Assembly (NCBI RefSeq): GCF_006345805.1
Contig: NW_021835988.1
Coordinates: 391,142 to 455,141, forward strand
Direction: 5' to 3'
From: Octopus sinensis
Taxonomy: Eukaryota
DNA: 64,000 nt
Part shown: in pieces, positions 22,241-36,084 of the stretch
How positions within the stretch are numbered: the stretch's first letter is position 1
Layout of the letters: every line of letters begins with the position of its first letter
Notes under the pieces: generated by a model
What the model saw: only the letters and a program-made list of their open reading frames with translations
Database searches by the model: none
What the model was told of the DNA's origin: nothing
Made by a program: the position numbers and the translations under genes

Positions 22241-23344
22241 TTAAACAAATTTTGAATTATAAATTCCTCTGAGGTCACTTAGAATATTTTCGAGTTGATT
22301 AAAAAACTCACATGACCCCTCATTTGATGAATAGCAGGCAGCCTTGTAAGTGTTTGATATTTGACTGCTAATGAATGTGATCATATCCTCAATCATGTTG
22401 AAGACATTTTTAAAGTCAAGGCTTTCATTGTGATGGGCCAAAACCGATTTCATATTGCACATCATTGAATTAAAATTTGCAAATTGTGCGATAATTTTTT
22501 TATGTCCTTGTTTTATTGATTTTTTCTTTTGTTTTGTGAGTTTTTTGATTTCCGTGTCCATATTTTTTAAGATTTGTGAGATCAAGACGTCATTTTTAGC
22601 GAAGGACCTTTTTCTTCTCACAACGAACTCTTGACTGAGATTAGAAGACAGTAGCGGAATCTCCTGCATTTTTTCAATATTTTTTTGAAGTGCCGTGTAC
22701 TGTTTTTTAAACTCAATTCGTATTTTATCAACAATCCTTGCTTCATTTTCTCCAAATAGAGCGAGATCTTCGGTTATTTGGACAGTTTCGAGCAGATTTT
22801 GAAGGTCGGTGGTTATCTTTTTGAAGCATTCTGTGTTTTTGATGTTAATTTTGAACAATTGTGAAGTTTCCGAACCCCATTTCTTCATGGTCAGCATACT
22901 TGAAGTTTTTGTTAACATTTTTCTAGTTTCAGTAAGTTTTTTCTCGATTGAAGATAAATATTTTTTATTTTTTTGTGCGCTTAATGAAGCTTCTGGAATG
23001 ATTTTGATAATATTTTCAAGCGATCGAATTATTTTGTCGACAATTTTTGAAAATTCAAATAAAAAATCATTTACTTCTGGTCGTTCGTCGAAATATTTAG
23101 CAAGTCCAGTATTTATTATCAAAATTATTTTTATGAAATCATCCATCGCACTCCGAATATTTAGTTTTGTCTCTTTTGGAATCAAATTTTGATTAGGGGC
23201 CGTTTCCTCGACCAATGTGTCGTATACGGTGTTGCACATGTCGTACAGTCCGTCATATATTCCGTCGTAGATTGGCTCGTTCTCTCCGTCTTCGAACATA
23301 TTTAATCTCACCATTTTTAATTTGTTTTCCAATTCTTCATCCAT
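22241..23344 (-). CDS. Intronless orphan, helical/coiled-coil 367-aa protein with an N-terminal EPIYD/YD cluster
   Basis: 1.1-kb open frame in AT-rich DNA, convergent with VPS45; no recognised family. Confidence 0.7.
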   Translation of the reverse strand: MDEELENKLKMVRLNMFEDGENEPIYDGIYDGLYDMCNTVYDTLVEETAPNQNLIPKETKLNIRSAMDDFIKIILIINTGLAKYFDERPEVNDFLFEFSKIVDKIIRSLENIIKIIPEASLSAQKNKKYLSSIEKKLTETRKMLTKTSSMLTMKKWGSETSQLFKINIKNTECFKKITTDLQNLLETVQITEDLALFGENEARIVDKIRIEFKKQYTALQKNIEKMQEIPLLSSNLSQEFVVRRKRSFAKNDVLISQILKNMDTEIKKLTKQKKKSIKQGHKKIIAQFANFNSMMCNMKSVLAHHNESLDFKNVFNMIEDMITFISSQISNTYKAACYSSNEGSCEFFNQLENILSDLRGIYNSKFV

Positions 23345-23589
23345 TGCGTAGCGCTGTGAGATGGATTTACTTACTTATAATATTAATTATAAGCTCGTAG
23401 GCAATTTAAGACATTCTAGTTACGAAAAATATTCATTTACCTTTTGGGAAAATAATTATTTTTTAGTTAACTACTATTTACAAATAAAATTATTAGCTTT
23501 CAGTCGGATCCCTTCTTTTAAGGATTTTGACGAAGGGGCCGAGGTTGTCTACTTTATGTGGTTTTTATTTTCAAGTTACTGGATCTTAA

Positions 23590-23880
23590 AAGTGGGACCT
23601 GAATGAAGTCGTTAGGGCAAAGAATGAGGTAGAAGAGTCTATTCTTGTTTACAAGAAGAAACTCTCAACCTGTTTGAGTTTAATCGCAGGATGTTTTATC
23701 GTCGTTTACACGATGATGGGGTGAAGGAGGGTAGCCAGCAAGACTCGGAGATGTTAGCCACATGGGGGAGTATGTGGAAAGTCCGACCTCGCAAGGGAAA
23801 AGTGGACTTTAGCCTAGAGTCCACCAGACCCTTGATGACCGAGTCTTGCGGTGTCTTTGACATTCGCAAGAAGTTCGATT
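23590..23880 (+). mobile_element. Degenerate R4-like LINE fragment (pre-RT region)
   Basis: NLFEFNRRMFYRRL...ATWGSMW matches the N..FE.NR..FYR.L...W..MW pattern of R4-type ORFs as recalled. Confidence 0.55.
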
Positions 23881-25746
23881 TTAATAAACTGTCTTTTCTA
23901 GTTTTTCTGAGTAAAATTATTAAAAGGAGTGACACTATATTATCACGTGTCTAGGAAGGGACATCTGTGGATGTGTCGGTGATAGTAAAAGTTACTTTTT
24001 GACAAATCAAATATTTTTTTAATATTTTTATGACATTAGTCAGGATCATTCAAAGATTTAGTCGTCGCTAATAATTCAAGAGAAACTTTGAATGCTTTAG
24101 GACTTGGTGAAATAGGAAATAGATCGCTTCTACTTTGAATCCTCATGACTCTTATTTTCTGAGGGATTTAAATGATCAAAAAAGAATTCCAAAGGAATAT
24201 TAAACTATTGCTTATATTTTAAATATTCACACCGAGTGAAAAAAATCATAAAATGCTATGACAAATTTTAATTTTTTCTCATTTTGAATTCGTAGTTAAA
24301 CCGAAAAAAGCTTTTCAACAAATTGGATTTTGTGATTAGCGCAAGTATCAAAAAAATATTAATTACATCTTAATTTAACGTTAACTGAATTTATTAGACA
24401 AAAACAATTTTCTTGACCAAGTAAATCCGGAAGCCACTCAAATCATATCATGAATTCAAGTGTTCCCTTGTAGCTTATCAACTAGCAAATGGATAAATCT
24501 GCGAATATTCTTGTTTAAATGATTATTTACAACAGTAATCAAATAAACATTTGATTTCATCAAATGAGTCAATGATAGCAAGCTTTTGATATTTACCAGT
24601 CAATTTACAATTTGATTCTACAAACAAATCGGCCAAATACTGAAATAATTAATTATTATAAAAAAACATTATAAAAATTTTTTAAACAATCGATGATTAT
24701 TTCTCTTTTCTCAAAGAACTCTCACATTCGATATTATCAAAAATTAAATCACTAAAAATTTCAAATACAGATAGAATAAAGAAATGAATTCCAATTTAAA
24801 CTGTTTGGCGAATTCAAATGAGATTTGAAATTTATTTTATTTCATGAATTGCGACAAACTTAAAGAAATTTCGATCGAATGACTTTTTTGTTCTAAAAAA
24901 TTATTAATCATTGAAAAACTAAACAAAATTTAAATATTCGAGATAATCACCATCATAAGGCAACATATTAAAATAACTTTAGTTTCAAAACCATATAAAC
25001 TGAACAATTTATTTGACTTACATCTGAAATATCTGAAATCATAGATATCAAAGACACAAAATTTCGCACAAATATCACGCATTCGTCAACGATTGTGATT
25101 TTGTTCCAAAATTCACAAAAATTCATTAATTATAAATCAAAAATATTACTATTTTTTTATATCTTGATATGAGAGCAAAATCCGCAAAATGTGAATGCAG
25201 AAAATTTAGGAACAAAAAGCAAAGTGTTTTTTTTCAAATTTTCGATAAAATTGTAAAAATTGATTGTTCAGAACAATCTAAAAGATTCCGATAATTTTTT
25301 AAATCGGGTTTTTTGAATTCCGAAATCTAGAGGTAATTGGCGTTAATCCCAACCTTGAGATTACTGTACACGATATGGAAAGATGTTTTTAATCACGAAA
25401 ACTGATTATAGTGTGAATTGTAAGTCCGACAAATAAAAGAGAGAATATCAAAACAAAAGTCAATGTCCTCACACATATTTTCATTTAAGAATAGTAATTC
25501 CAGCTTAAACATAGTAAAATAGATTCAATACACTCAACCCTCTCAAATTTGTGATTCCTTCAATTTTGTTGGCCAATTAGAGAATAAAATCGATCATTTT
25601 TCAAAGAAACTACTTTAATGTGTCTTCAGTTAGCATATTTTTTAATTAAAAAAATTAAAAAAATCTTAATTTTATTAAAGTAAAATTCAATTCCCATTTA
25701 TTTTTTTTAGATATAATTATATTTTCTTTGTAACGTCTTATGTAGA

Positions 25747-26375
25747 TTAGATTAGTAAGACATCATGCTCGTTTTCAATGTTTTTTAATAAATCTTTTTC
25801 AATTGTCAATAACCTGACCACAATGTCATTTTTGTTAATTTCTCCCTCATCATTTATATTTTCATCATTTTCATCTTCAATGTTTCCGCAATGTTCCATC
25901 TCTTCTATTGTATCATTTTCTGCATATTCATATGCAAGAAATTCTTCAATATCCAACGGATAAAAATATCTGTCCTTTCTATTGGTATACTATCTTCTGA
26001 TTTATTTTTCACGTTATCATTATTTAGAATTCCGAAACAATTTGAAATGGTTTGTTGCGATACATCTTCCCATGCCATTTTAACAAATATCACAACATTC
26101 TTTAATGTAAGGTTTTTGCAGGTTTGTGCTTATTGAAAAGCGTTTTAGAATTTTTTATGATTCCCAGGTCCATTGGCCGGACCAAGACTGTACTATTTCG
26201 CAATATAAACATGATTTCAATATTAGACAAATTATTAGGTATGCAATGGGAAGGACAATTATCCCGAATAAGTAAAATTTGTTTTTTCTGTATTTTAGAT
26301 TCAAATCAAAGTTTATTAGCCAATCTATGAAGATTTTCCTAGTCATCCAAGCACGCTGGGAGCTATAATATAAAA
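25747..26375 (-). mobile_element. pogo/Tigger (DDE_1) transposase remnant
   Basis: Across frameshifts: AWMTRKIFIDWL, DNCPSH, RPMDLGII, AWEDVSQQTISNCF, then an acidic tail. Confidence 0.85.
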
Positions 26376-27019
26376 TAAATGAATCGTAATATAAAATAAA
26401 TGAATCGTAATTGCCTCAAATGATTTTGAATCCATGAAACTGCATTGTGAAAGGATAGTCGAGGAACAAAAGAATCAAAAGACTATTCACCGTTTTTGGT
26501 TATCTACATTACATTACATCGAGAACGAATAGATTTGGATTTCTGAATTTTTTTCTATCTAGTTGTTTATTGAGGACTTGAGGAAGAATACTGGATTAAA
26601 AGTTTTTTTAATCGCTGGTGATTCAAACCGTAAACTTGATTCTTGTTATAACTCTTTAAATACAAATAGTGATATTTTTTTTAAATATGAGGCAAAACTG
26701 ACAGTGTCTTCATTGGAAAGTTGTAAAAATTTAAAATAATAAAATTAAAGTTGATCCCGTGTACAATTTAGCTTATTAATCTAAAAACCGATTTCTAAAT
26801 GTAAATTCGGATTTATAAAATGGACGTTAATTCAGAAAATAACGAACGATAGGTTAATAAAGTGTAATGCTAGACCTACATTTTGCTAACTTATTACAAA
26901 ATAATTATGATCACTTCTTGGAAATTTTATTATTATTAAATAATTTTATTTATGTTTCAAAAAACTATAAAAATAATAAATAAATTGATTTGGATCATTT
27001 CATACATACTCTCATACTC

Positions 27020-28310
27020 TACTCTAATCATACTCTTGAACACAATAAGGAAAATCTTCTCGCTCGTAACACTGGAACGTATTAAGGACCCTGTTAATGA
27101 ATATCTGTCGGCTAGCCAAAGTGGATTCAGGCCTGGGCGATCAACTGCAGATGTAGTATGGGGACATAGATGGATCTGTGCCATATCTCAGAAATTTAAA
27201 ATGGCGACCACAATATTGGGCATTGATATGAGCAGGGCATTTGATACAATCCGCAGAGACAAGCTAATGGAGATCCTCAAAACTATTCTTGACAATGACT
27301 CGATCAGAATGGTTCGAGCACTACTTATAGACACCGAGTTAACGGTGAAGATCGGACCCGTACAATCAAGATCTTTCAAAACAAGCATTGGAACGCCCCA
27401 AGGTGATTCAATATCACCTGTACTATTCATTGTCTATCTTGAAGCGGCACTAAGAGATCTGAGAAAACTAGTGAAGTCTACTTCAATAACTGAAGTGATA
27501 TATGCCGACGATTCGACTCTCGAAGAACTGCTGAACATTGCTCCTCAGGCACTGGAAAAATGGTTCTTAAAAGTGAACATAGAAAAAACCGAATATGTAA
27601 CAATCAACCGGGAGGCAAATAGAACAGACGAAAAATGGCGAAACTCGAAAAAAGTTGGAACTCTTTTAGGAGATAGTGAAGACATTATGAGGAGAAAGAT
27701 GCTATCGACTGTTGCACTTAACAAACTGCGGACCACTTGGCTACGAAACCGCGAGGTTGGAACGGCCTTACGTGCCAAATTATACAATGCTTTTATTAAA
27801 CCCATACTTTTGTACAACGGAGGAACATGGGGAATATCTGAGTCTGAATCAAAATCTCTTGATGCATTCCATAGAAGACAGTTAAGAATTCTTATTGGCA
27901 TCAACTGGCCAAAGAAAATCAAGAACTCCACCCTATACAATATCTGCAACAGCAGACCCGTCAGTGTGGACATTACCGAAGCACGTTGGCGCCTATTGGG
28001 CCACATTCTAAGACTCGACCAGGATGTTTATGCTAACTGGGCAATGGAATCATATTACGCAAAGGACGAAAGATCTGCGTCCCGAGGACGCCCACGAAAT
28101 ACATTACCTATTGTAATCTCAAAAGAACTACAACGCGTTAAAAGACAACTGAAAAATGGAGACGACCTAGATACTCTCAGGAGTATAGCATACAACCGCA
28201 CATCATGGAAAATTATGACCGAAAAGATAGTCTCATATGTGGCACATGTGGGAACTTAATTAGTTTAAATTACATTATGTTCCTATGACAGTGCTAATAA
28301 TAATAATCAT
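27020..28310 (+). mobile_element. 5'-truncated RTE LINE (RT to 3' end; ORF ends 28259)
   Basis: QSGFRPGRST, DMSRAFDTI, PQGDSISPVLF, YADD, RGRPR; (TAA)n tail. Confidence 0.92.
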
Positions 28311-28554
28311 TTCTTTCCTATGTTTTGTCGTGTTGTATAGTCTGCTTAATTTAGCTTAAAACTATTATCATTTATCATAGCAAATGGTATAGAGTTATTT
28401 ATAACATTTATTGTTGATTTGTTATACTACATTAATGCATCACTGGTCACCACTGATGACTTAATTGCTACTTTGATAAAATGATAATTTTTTCACGCTC
28501 TGAGGTGATAAATAATGTAAATAAGATTAATCCACATTATATTTATCTTTAATG

Positions 28555-29010
28555 CAGTATTAGGCCGGGGAGATACCTATACATTGCGCATAGGAACAAT
28601 TTAGTCAAATTGTTCCTCATACTGACTTTTGTCCGACGTGAAAATCGCTTGCTCATCTCCTTGCGAGTACTACACCAACTTGGAGTTGGAGTCAAAGGAG
28701 CTTGCGAAGCAGTTGCACATGGAGTTTGACAATGGTTTTTAAAAATCCAGTGGAACTTGTCTTAATTTTGAAACTATATGTTCTGAGTGCTTTTAATAGC
28801 ACTAGACATGATCATCTTCTAAATATGCGTATATTCACTGTACGGACGCCATTTGTAGCTAGTATGAACACGCCTAACCTTCTTTTCTTCAGGTCATTTA
28901 ATCTATTGCTCCCCTTATTGTTCTCATCTGGAGTTGATCACATCGCCCGTAATTTATCTTCCAAACTGAACATTTGGTATTTCGATGACATCATTCTGAG
29001 TGGTATACTC
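28555..29010 (+). mobile_element. Highly degraded CRE-like RT
   Basis: QLGVGVKGACEAVAH, SAFNS, GVDHIARNLSSKLNIWYFDD. Confidence 0.75.
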
Positions 29011-29300
29011 GACGTGATCACGTTCTCGTCCTTGGTAAAAAAAGAATCTCATTTTTCTGATCAAAGTTGGGATAAGATCTGCCCAAAGACTCCTTCAAGT
29101 GGAGAAGGAGAAGCTCAGAAAATATAATCTCCTATCTAAAGAGTTGGAGCTGATAGATAAAGCAAAAATGAAGATTATAGTTAAGTGGGATTCACCTGTG
29201 ACTTCAAAGTTTATGAAGTACGAAAGATCATTATATAGGAATGACAGATTTTTGCATATATTTAGTCGTTGACTATAAAAAAACTAGAATGTATGATTGT
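29010..29300 (+). mobile_element. Degraded R4-like RLE 3' fragment
   Basis: LIKVGI..EKLRKYNLLSKELELI..KWD parallels the 45493 ORF. Confidence 0.6.
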
Positions 29301-30984
29301 CTTTTGTTGATACAAAATTGAGTCATGGAAAAGGAATAGAGTCGTATAGTAGATTTATTTGTTCATATAAATTTATTTAAACAGTAAACAATGATTTTAT
29401 TTTCTATGTTTGAATGTACGAATTGTATAAGAACCATGGAAAAGGACCGAAATGTGAGTTCTATCTTTTTGAATAAAACGAAGAAAATTTTGTGATCTGT
29501 GCAGCTTATAGACTTAAAGGCCACTTTCTAAGATTATAATTTCTTCAATTTAAAAGAGTTTGTAAAAAATAATTAAAATCAAATACGGTTATTGCGAGGA
29601 ATTGGATTATATGATTTCATAATACCAACGATTTTCTGATCAAAGTTGGGATAATAATCAATATTAATTCTGATCAACAATATTTCCAATCTTGACAGAT
29701 TATAAAATACATTTTGACATTATTTATTGATAAAAATATGTAATGAATACTAATGTAGGCTCTCTATGAAGCAAAATTGAAGATTATTCCCGTAGTCTTG
29801 ACATGGGATAGATTTTTCACAGTTCTTTAAAAGCCATATGGATAAGTTATCTATTAAGAAGGAACGAGGACATAAATTAAGTCGGTTGTGCGAAATAAGA
29901 CGCTGGACAAAAAGTACGCCTCTACTGCCAATCAACTTGCGGAGCTGGCATACTGCTGGCATCAGCTGAACAAAAAACCTATATGAATACTAACATCAGT
30001 AGCAATGAATTTTTTAACAAAAGTAATTAATTAGTTTTAAAAAAAAGGCTAGTTGAGGAAGCCTGCTCGAAAATGAGATTTTTTGAGAAGCCAATCAATG
30101 CTAAAATCTGAAGGAACGTCTAAAAAAATTTATGTTAATAAAAACACCTTTTTTGACATTTCTTAAATGTCCATCTAACAGAAATGTAAAATTACTTTTA
30201 AAAACCATTCAAATTTGGAATTACGTTATAAATTCGTTTTTCTTCTAATATTAGCGTATTTAATAAATAAGCTGTGTATGTTCGAGATTTACCAAGAACA
30301 TCTAAATAAAATTATCTTCAAATGAATCAAACAAAAATGTGGTAGTCCGGATCGCTGAAATATTCGTTTCGCATTACGCACTAATTATTCCTCTGAAAAT
30401 CCCAATCACTTTGAAAGTGTTGCTCACTTCGATTAAATCCACTGCGATTCCACTCTCCAAAGTAAGACTGCCGAGAATCATTTCCCAAATCTTGTTGGGT
30501 ACTGAAATAGCTGTGCATGTTGCTCTGTTTGTACATATCTGCTACTTATTTTACTGTTTGGATCTCATACCTGAATTATCTTCGATTTGGCATTTACATG
30601 GAATTCTCATACAATCACATTTGGTTAACTTCTGCCATTTGTGTACGTCAAAATCTAAATAATATCGGCAGTATTTATACTCGGAATGGGGCTTTTCGAC
30701 TTAAAGTCAGCATTTCAAACAAAGTCTAGAATTTTCTTATCCTAAATGAAAATCAAAGGAAAAAAACAAGCATTGACGGGTAACTTAATTTTATTGTAAG
30801 AAAATATCATTTTAAATAATTTATTTTTAAAAGAAGCTATATATCTAATATTATTTGATTTTAGTGAGAAAACTTGTGAATAAATAAACAAAAAATTAAA
30901 TTTTAGACTAAACTGATATAATCATTAAAGATTTTATAAAAAGATAATAAATCTGATACTCTTACATCGCGTGATTCTAAGTCT

Positions 30985-31752
30985 ATGTCTACGAGACTAA
31001 AAAATTGCAATCTGTGCAACTTTAGCTCTCTTGGCAAGGCCATTGGTTTCTTCTCGAAGATCATTCTGGAAGCAATGGCTATTCCTAAACGTCCACCTCA
31101 CGCTGCTTGTAGTCGAAGGATATCCGGTCTGGCTAAGGAGAGAAATCGCCTCAAAAAGTCAAACCGAATGTCTTTCGACATAATTACCCGCATCAGATAT
31201 TTAAACAAGGAATTGAAGACCAGTGAACACAGGCACACCTATCTGAAATGGAATCGCATTCTTACTACCGTGAACCGTAATCGTTCAACGGGTGAAGTGT
31301 GGAAAGCCATTTGGCACGTGGCCAGGGGGGACGCCCCCGAACCATTCGAAGATTTCGATAAAAAAAGACGTAAACAACCTCATAAATTTCTATGCGAAGA
31401 ATGCACACAAGGAGCACAGGAAATCCGATTCACTTCCCTCCAACAGAAGCCTAAAAAACGGGCGGAACCTCTCCTCCTCTCGATAAAAAAAGTGGAAGAT
31501 GTTTTGCACTCTACAAAATCATCGTATTCTCACGGCCCGGATAAAATCCCGGTCATCCTATTAAAAAACCTTGGTGTCGAAGGAGTCAGGTTCCTAACAT
31601 CTATCTTTAACTATTCAATCAACAAAAATGTGATTCCGTCAATATGGAAACAGGCCCTAATAAGGCCGATACTGAAGCCTGGAAGACCAACAGGGGACCC
31701 GACATCCCTGTTATGTTCGATGTCAAAAATCGTGGAAAGACTGGTTCCATAA
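30985..31752 (+). mobile_element. I/Jockey-like LINE linker/RT N-terminal fragment
   Basis: SHGPDKIP..LKNLG..IFNYSI..IPSIWKQALIRPILKPG. Confidence 0.85.
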
Positions 31753-32069
31753 CAGAAAAATTTTAGAAGGCTAAAGTTACAAAGGTTTTGATATCACTTG
31801 CATCGAAAACTTCTCAATTTTATTGTTTTCAGACATACGAAAGATGTTCGAGGTTTAGGAAAATGAATTCATGTAAAATGAGCTGTATAAATCCAGATTT
31901 ATGGTATGAAATAAAGCAGTAATAAAGATAAAATTATATTAGGGCATATAACAGTAAATTGATAACGAGAAAAATATTTAAATTATTTATATTTCTAAGA
32001 ATACAGTCATAATTTTATTGGAATTTTGTTCGTGACACATTTATGTTTGACTTTAGCGTGAAAAAAGAA

Positions 32070-32963
32070 ATGATATGTCTCTATTTCTTATTAGGAGCGT
32101 TAGCATTTCAAACACTTGGTAATTTTAAATTTAATGTGAAATCTATGCATAGGCTATCCATGGGAATTGAAAATTTTTTTCGAAGACATCTCTGTTTGCT
32201 TTATAATTAATAACTATAGAGAAACGATGTTTTAACGACAAAACAAGTAATAATTTTAGCTATATAATAGGCTCTCTCTGATGTAATTGAAATAATCGAA
32301 CTTGATAGGAAGTCAAATGAATTAAATCACTTGGTTATCAAAATAGAGTTCGTGTTATTACTTTTAATCTTTCAAAGTAAAGACAACAAAATTATGGATA
32401 AAATATACACTGAGGATGAGAGTAAAGTAATATACGTAAAATACTACAATAAAAATGTATTTAAAATTAAATTTATATAGAAAATTCATGGAGCAATTTT
32501 ATATAATATATTAAACTTTTTTGGTTTGCCTGATTCAAACAATACAAATAGTATTATGAATAATACTTTGTGGTAATTCTATATCATTTTTATTTAAGTA
32601 ATCGACTATTGTCAAAAAAAGAGTTAAATTATCTTCGAAATATGAATCACCTTATAAATGACAGTAATCAAAAATTTATTTTTCCAGCAACTTTATCGCA
32701 TCTATTAAAAAGTCGAATAACACCAACAGAAAAGCCATTAGACAGCACACATCCTACTTCAAAATGTATATATTTATTATTATTTTGCAAATCGTGTTAT
32801 TCCTGTTAAAAATAATTTAAATTTGAAACCAATAAATGTGAAAAAATTTGAAATGCTTTATCTCATACCCATTTTCGTTGCACTTCTGATTATTTCGCTT
32901 ATTGCCGTCATTATAGTAAGAAAAAAGAGAAAATCGGCAAAATATGATAATTTAGAAGAGTAA
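32070..32963 (+). CDS. Orphan type-I membrane protein (~234 aa, 7 tiny introns): signal peptide, Thr/Pro stalk, TM helix, tail KYDNLEE
   Basis: Introns 32119-32152, 32194-32219, 32247-32270, ~32349-32378, 32457-32480, 32573-32598 and 32766-32790 give one frame: MICLYFLLGALAFQTLG...MLYLIPIFVALLIISLIAVIIVRKKRK. Confidence 0.75.
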
Positions 32964-33433
32964 TTTTAAATTCAAATTTTATTAATAGAAATCCATATTA
33001 CCAGGAGCCCCTAGTAAATTAAAACAATAATAATAAATTATTAATATTAACAAAGATTTTTTGGTTTTATGATTTTCATTTATTCTATAATCTTAGAAAC
33101 TTAGTTTATAATTGAAAATTACGATTAATTTCAAAATAAATTAGATTCTATTCACAATAAAAATTAAACTCAGAGGAAAACTATAGATAAAACATGCTGC
33201 AATTGCCATAGTTTTGAGAAAGTCTCTAACAAATTTGAAAATAACGTTCTAAAGTTCGTATCCATTAAATTCATACATTTTTTTCGATACATTTTTTCAG
33301 TTCTCAAATATCACAAGTCTAGTAGAAAAATTCAAATCATAGAAACCCAAAATAGAGTTATCTCTGAATCAACCAAAAAACAATTTTTCATTGAACATTG
33401 CATAGAGATTTGAGAAAGTTTTTGTTTTGCAGG

Positions 33434-35740
33434 TTATTTATTTATTTATTAACTCCAAGATCACCGAGAAAGATAGGTCAGAACTAACTAATTAGGTGAT
33501 CCCTGCCTCCAACCACAGCCGTACTTTCCTTACATGATCTTCTGATGACCCGACCGTAATCCGGAAAAGCCTTCTCTTCCTTCTGCAGAGGAACTCAATT
33601 GGAGTGCATTTCTTTATAACCGACCGAAATTCCTCTGCATGTGCCACCTTTTCCTTGAGTGGGTTTCCCAGTTCCTTGCAGAAACGTAGGAAACCCTGTC
33701 CATTCTTCTGCGTCGCCTCCTCGGAAGCAAGACTGCCAACTGAGGTGTCAGTGTGGAGCATAATCTTCCTTCTGAGTGAGTTCAAACGTTCCGCTTTCGA
33801 ACAAGCAATAGCAAACCTCCAGGCTGAGCAGGCATACTCAACCGTCGGGGCAATCACTTGTTGGTAGACTTTGCTGACACAATCTTTCAGGGGGAAGGGA
33901 CTCTTCTTTAACAGAGCTTTCAAGACGTTCCACTTCCGCAGACCTTTAGCTAGGGCCTCCTCTACGTGACTTGAGAACGTCATTAAGGAGTCGAAAACCA
34001 CGCCAAGGATCTTCTGGGTACGCGAAGAGGGAATAGGTTTGTCTCCAATGAATAGTTCCAGCCCATTCTTGAATCTTCTGTCAGTAGTAAAGAGGGTGAA
34101 TTGGGATTTGGATGCAGACACACACAACATGTTTGCAGATAGCCAATCACATACACGGTTGAGGTGTGACTGGACCATTGCGACAGCCACAGAAGGAGAT
34201 TTATCTCTTGCAGCGATAATCAGGTCGTCCGCATAGGATAAGAACATTATGTCTGGGTCATTAGTAGTGGGTAGGTCATGTAGAAATAGGTTAAAAAGGA
34301 GAGGAGATAAAGGGGAGCCTTGTGGGACACCATTGGGCAGTAGTCTTGATCTTGAAGTAGTATTGTCGATACGGACCCTTCCGCGTCGGCCAGTTAAGAA
34401 ATTTTCCAACCACAGTTTGATGTTCGGATGTAAGTTCGAATCAAATATCTTCCGCGTTAGGAGTTTCCTCGGGACAGAATCAAAAGCCTTTTGTATATCA
34501 ATAGATACTAAGGCCGTCCGTAGGTGTGTTCCCATGTTAAAACCCTCAGTGATAAACTGGGAGACAGAACACAAGTGGGTCGTTGTGGAACGGTCTGGTC
34601 TAAAACCGTGCTGGAATTCTGGCAGTTGTAGGACAGGAGAGATTCGCATTAATACGAGCTTTTCCAGTACTTTCGATAAGATACAAGTTATTGAGATTGG
34701 GCGGTATGAAGAGGGGGCATCCTTTGGTTTCCCAGGCTTTAGGATTGGCGTAATTAGGGAGTTTTTCCATATATTAGGTATCGTACGTAAGTTGATGGAG
34801 TCGTTATATAGTCTTGATAGTACGGTCCGTGCCCGGGGTCCCAGGTGTTTGAAGTGAATAGCACAAATCCCGTCGGGGCCACAAGAACGGGTGGGACGTA
34901 GGGATTTAATAGCCTTGTCAACATCATCTGGTGTGAAGAAGGTGGAATACGGTTCTGGTCGTGGTCCGTGCCGTTCAGTATGTGGAGTGCGAGAGAAGTT
35001 TTTATGGCTGATCGATACATAATACTTCATAATCTTGTTTGCAAGTTTGCGAGCGGGTTCCGAGGAATTGTGGGCAACAGCCTCAGATTCTCTGTCCTCC
35101 TCGGCGATAAGGCAATTGATCCTTCTTAGCGTTTTCCAAAAGGTGGCGCAGGAATTTCTGTGACATAAACGTCCAACGAGACGACTCCACTTGAGTCCGT
35201 GATTAGTGCGGATCAGTTCAGAAATTTTGATATTCAAAGGACGTATGATATGGTATGAGTCATTGGACTTGCTTTTCTTGAGGGCGTCCCGTTCTTTGAT
35301 AAGTGATAGGATTTCTGAGGATAGTCTTGGATTGAACTTCTTATATGAAGCGACAGGTATAAATAATTTATCGGCTTGCAGAATGATAGTAGACAGGATC
35401 TTGGCCGTCCTTTCCACCGTGCAATTTTCCATAGAGAGGTCGAGCAGGCAGTCGTCCACATACAGCCCGAAACCATGCCAGTTAGCTTTCGAGTAATTTT
35501 TGAACTTCGTAGGGCGGCGCGTTGGACAGAAAGGCCTTCTAAGTGTCAGTACAATGGGGTTATGGTCGCTCGAGGAGCCATAACGAACATTCCACGAGAT
35601 ATATCCAGCCAAGGATGGAGTGCAAAGAGACAGGTCCGGGGATGTTGGGCTGTTTCTTCTACGGGTTGGTGTCCTTGTATGAGCGTATGGATCGTTTAGG
35701 ATAGTCAACTTATTGAGTACGGAAAGGATATATTCGTTTT
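33434..35740 (-). mobile_element. 5'-truncated I/Jockey-like LINE with an open ORF (end of APE plus RT; stop at 33492)
   Basis: SSDHNPI, SYRPISIT, QHGFR, DIQKAFDSV, PQGSPLSPLLFN, YADD; (TAAA)n tail at 33434-33450. Confidence 0.93.
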
Positions 35741-36084
35741 GCAGGTTAATTTTTCTCAACAAGGGAGTATCTTCAAATTCATTTTAATAACTAAAAATAT
35801 TCATAATTCCAGTATTAAAACAATTTTTTTAACATTAAAAGTAACTTTGAAGCTTCATTTTTGTATCTAAAGAAACTTGTTCATAAACAGACAAGAAATG
35901 CCTACATTAGCAAATAACTTTCAAAACTTCATAAATTCTTTTTGATCGTTACAATTAAGAAATGATTCATTGAAAAACACGATAGAATATTCGAAGGATT
36001 TTCAAAATTGAACTTGGAAAAGACAACAGTATCAAGTTTTTTAATCAAGAGAAAACAAGGACCAGTTATGTTCATTTTGTAAAT

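Noticed and set aside
26803-26888. ~86-bp sequence repeated at ~39595-39680 as a possible ncRNA
   Set aside because: No stable structure or promoter boxes seen; most likely a fragment of another dispersed repeat
29053-29654. 23-bp direct repeat as a TSD of the R4-like fragment
   Set aside because: The left copy encodes the element's own LIxVGI motif, so it is a local duplication, not target DNA
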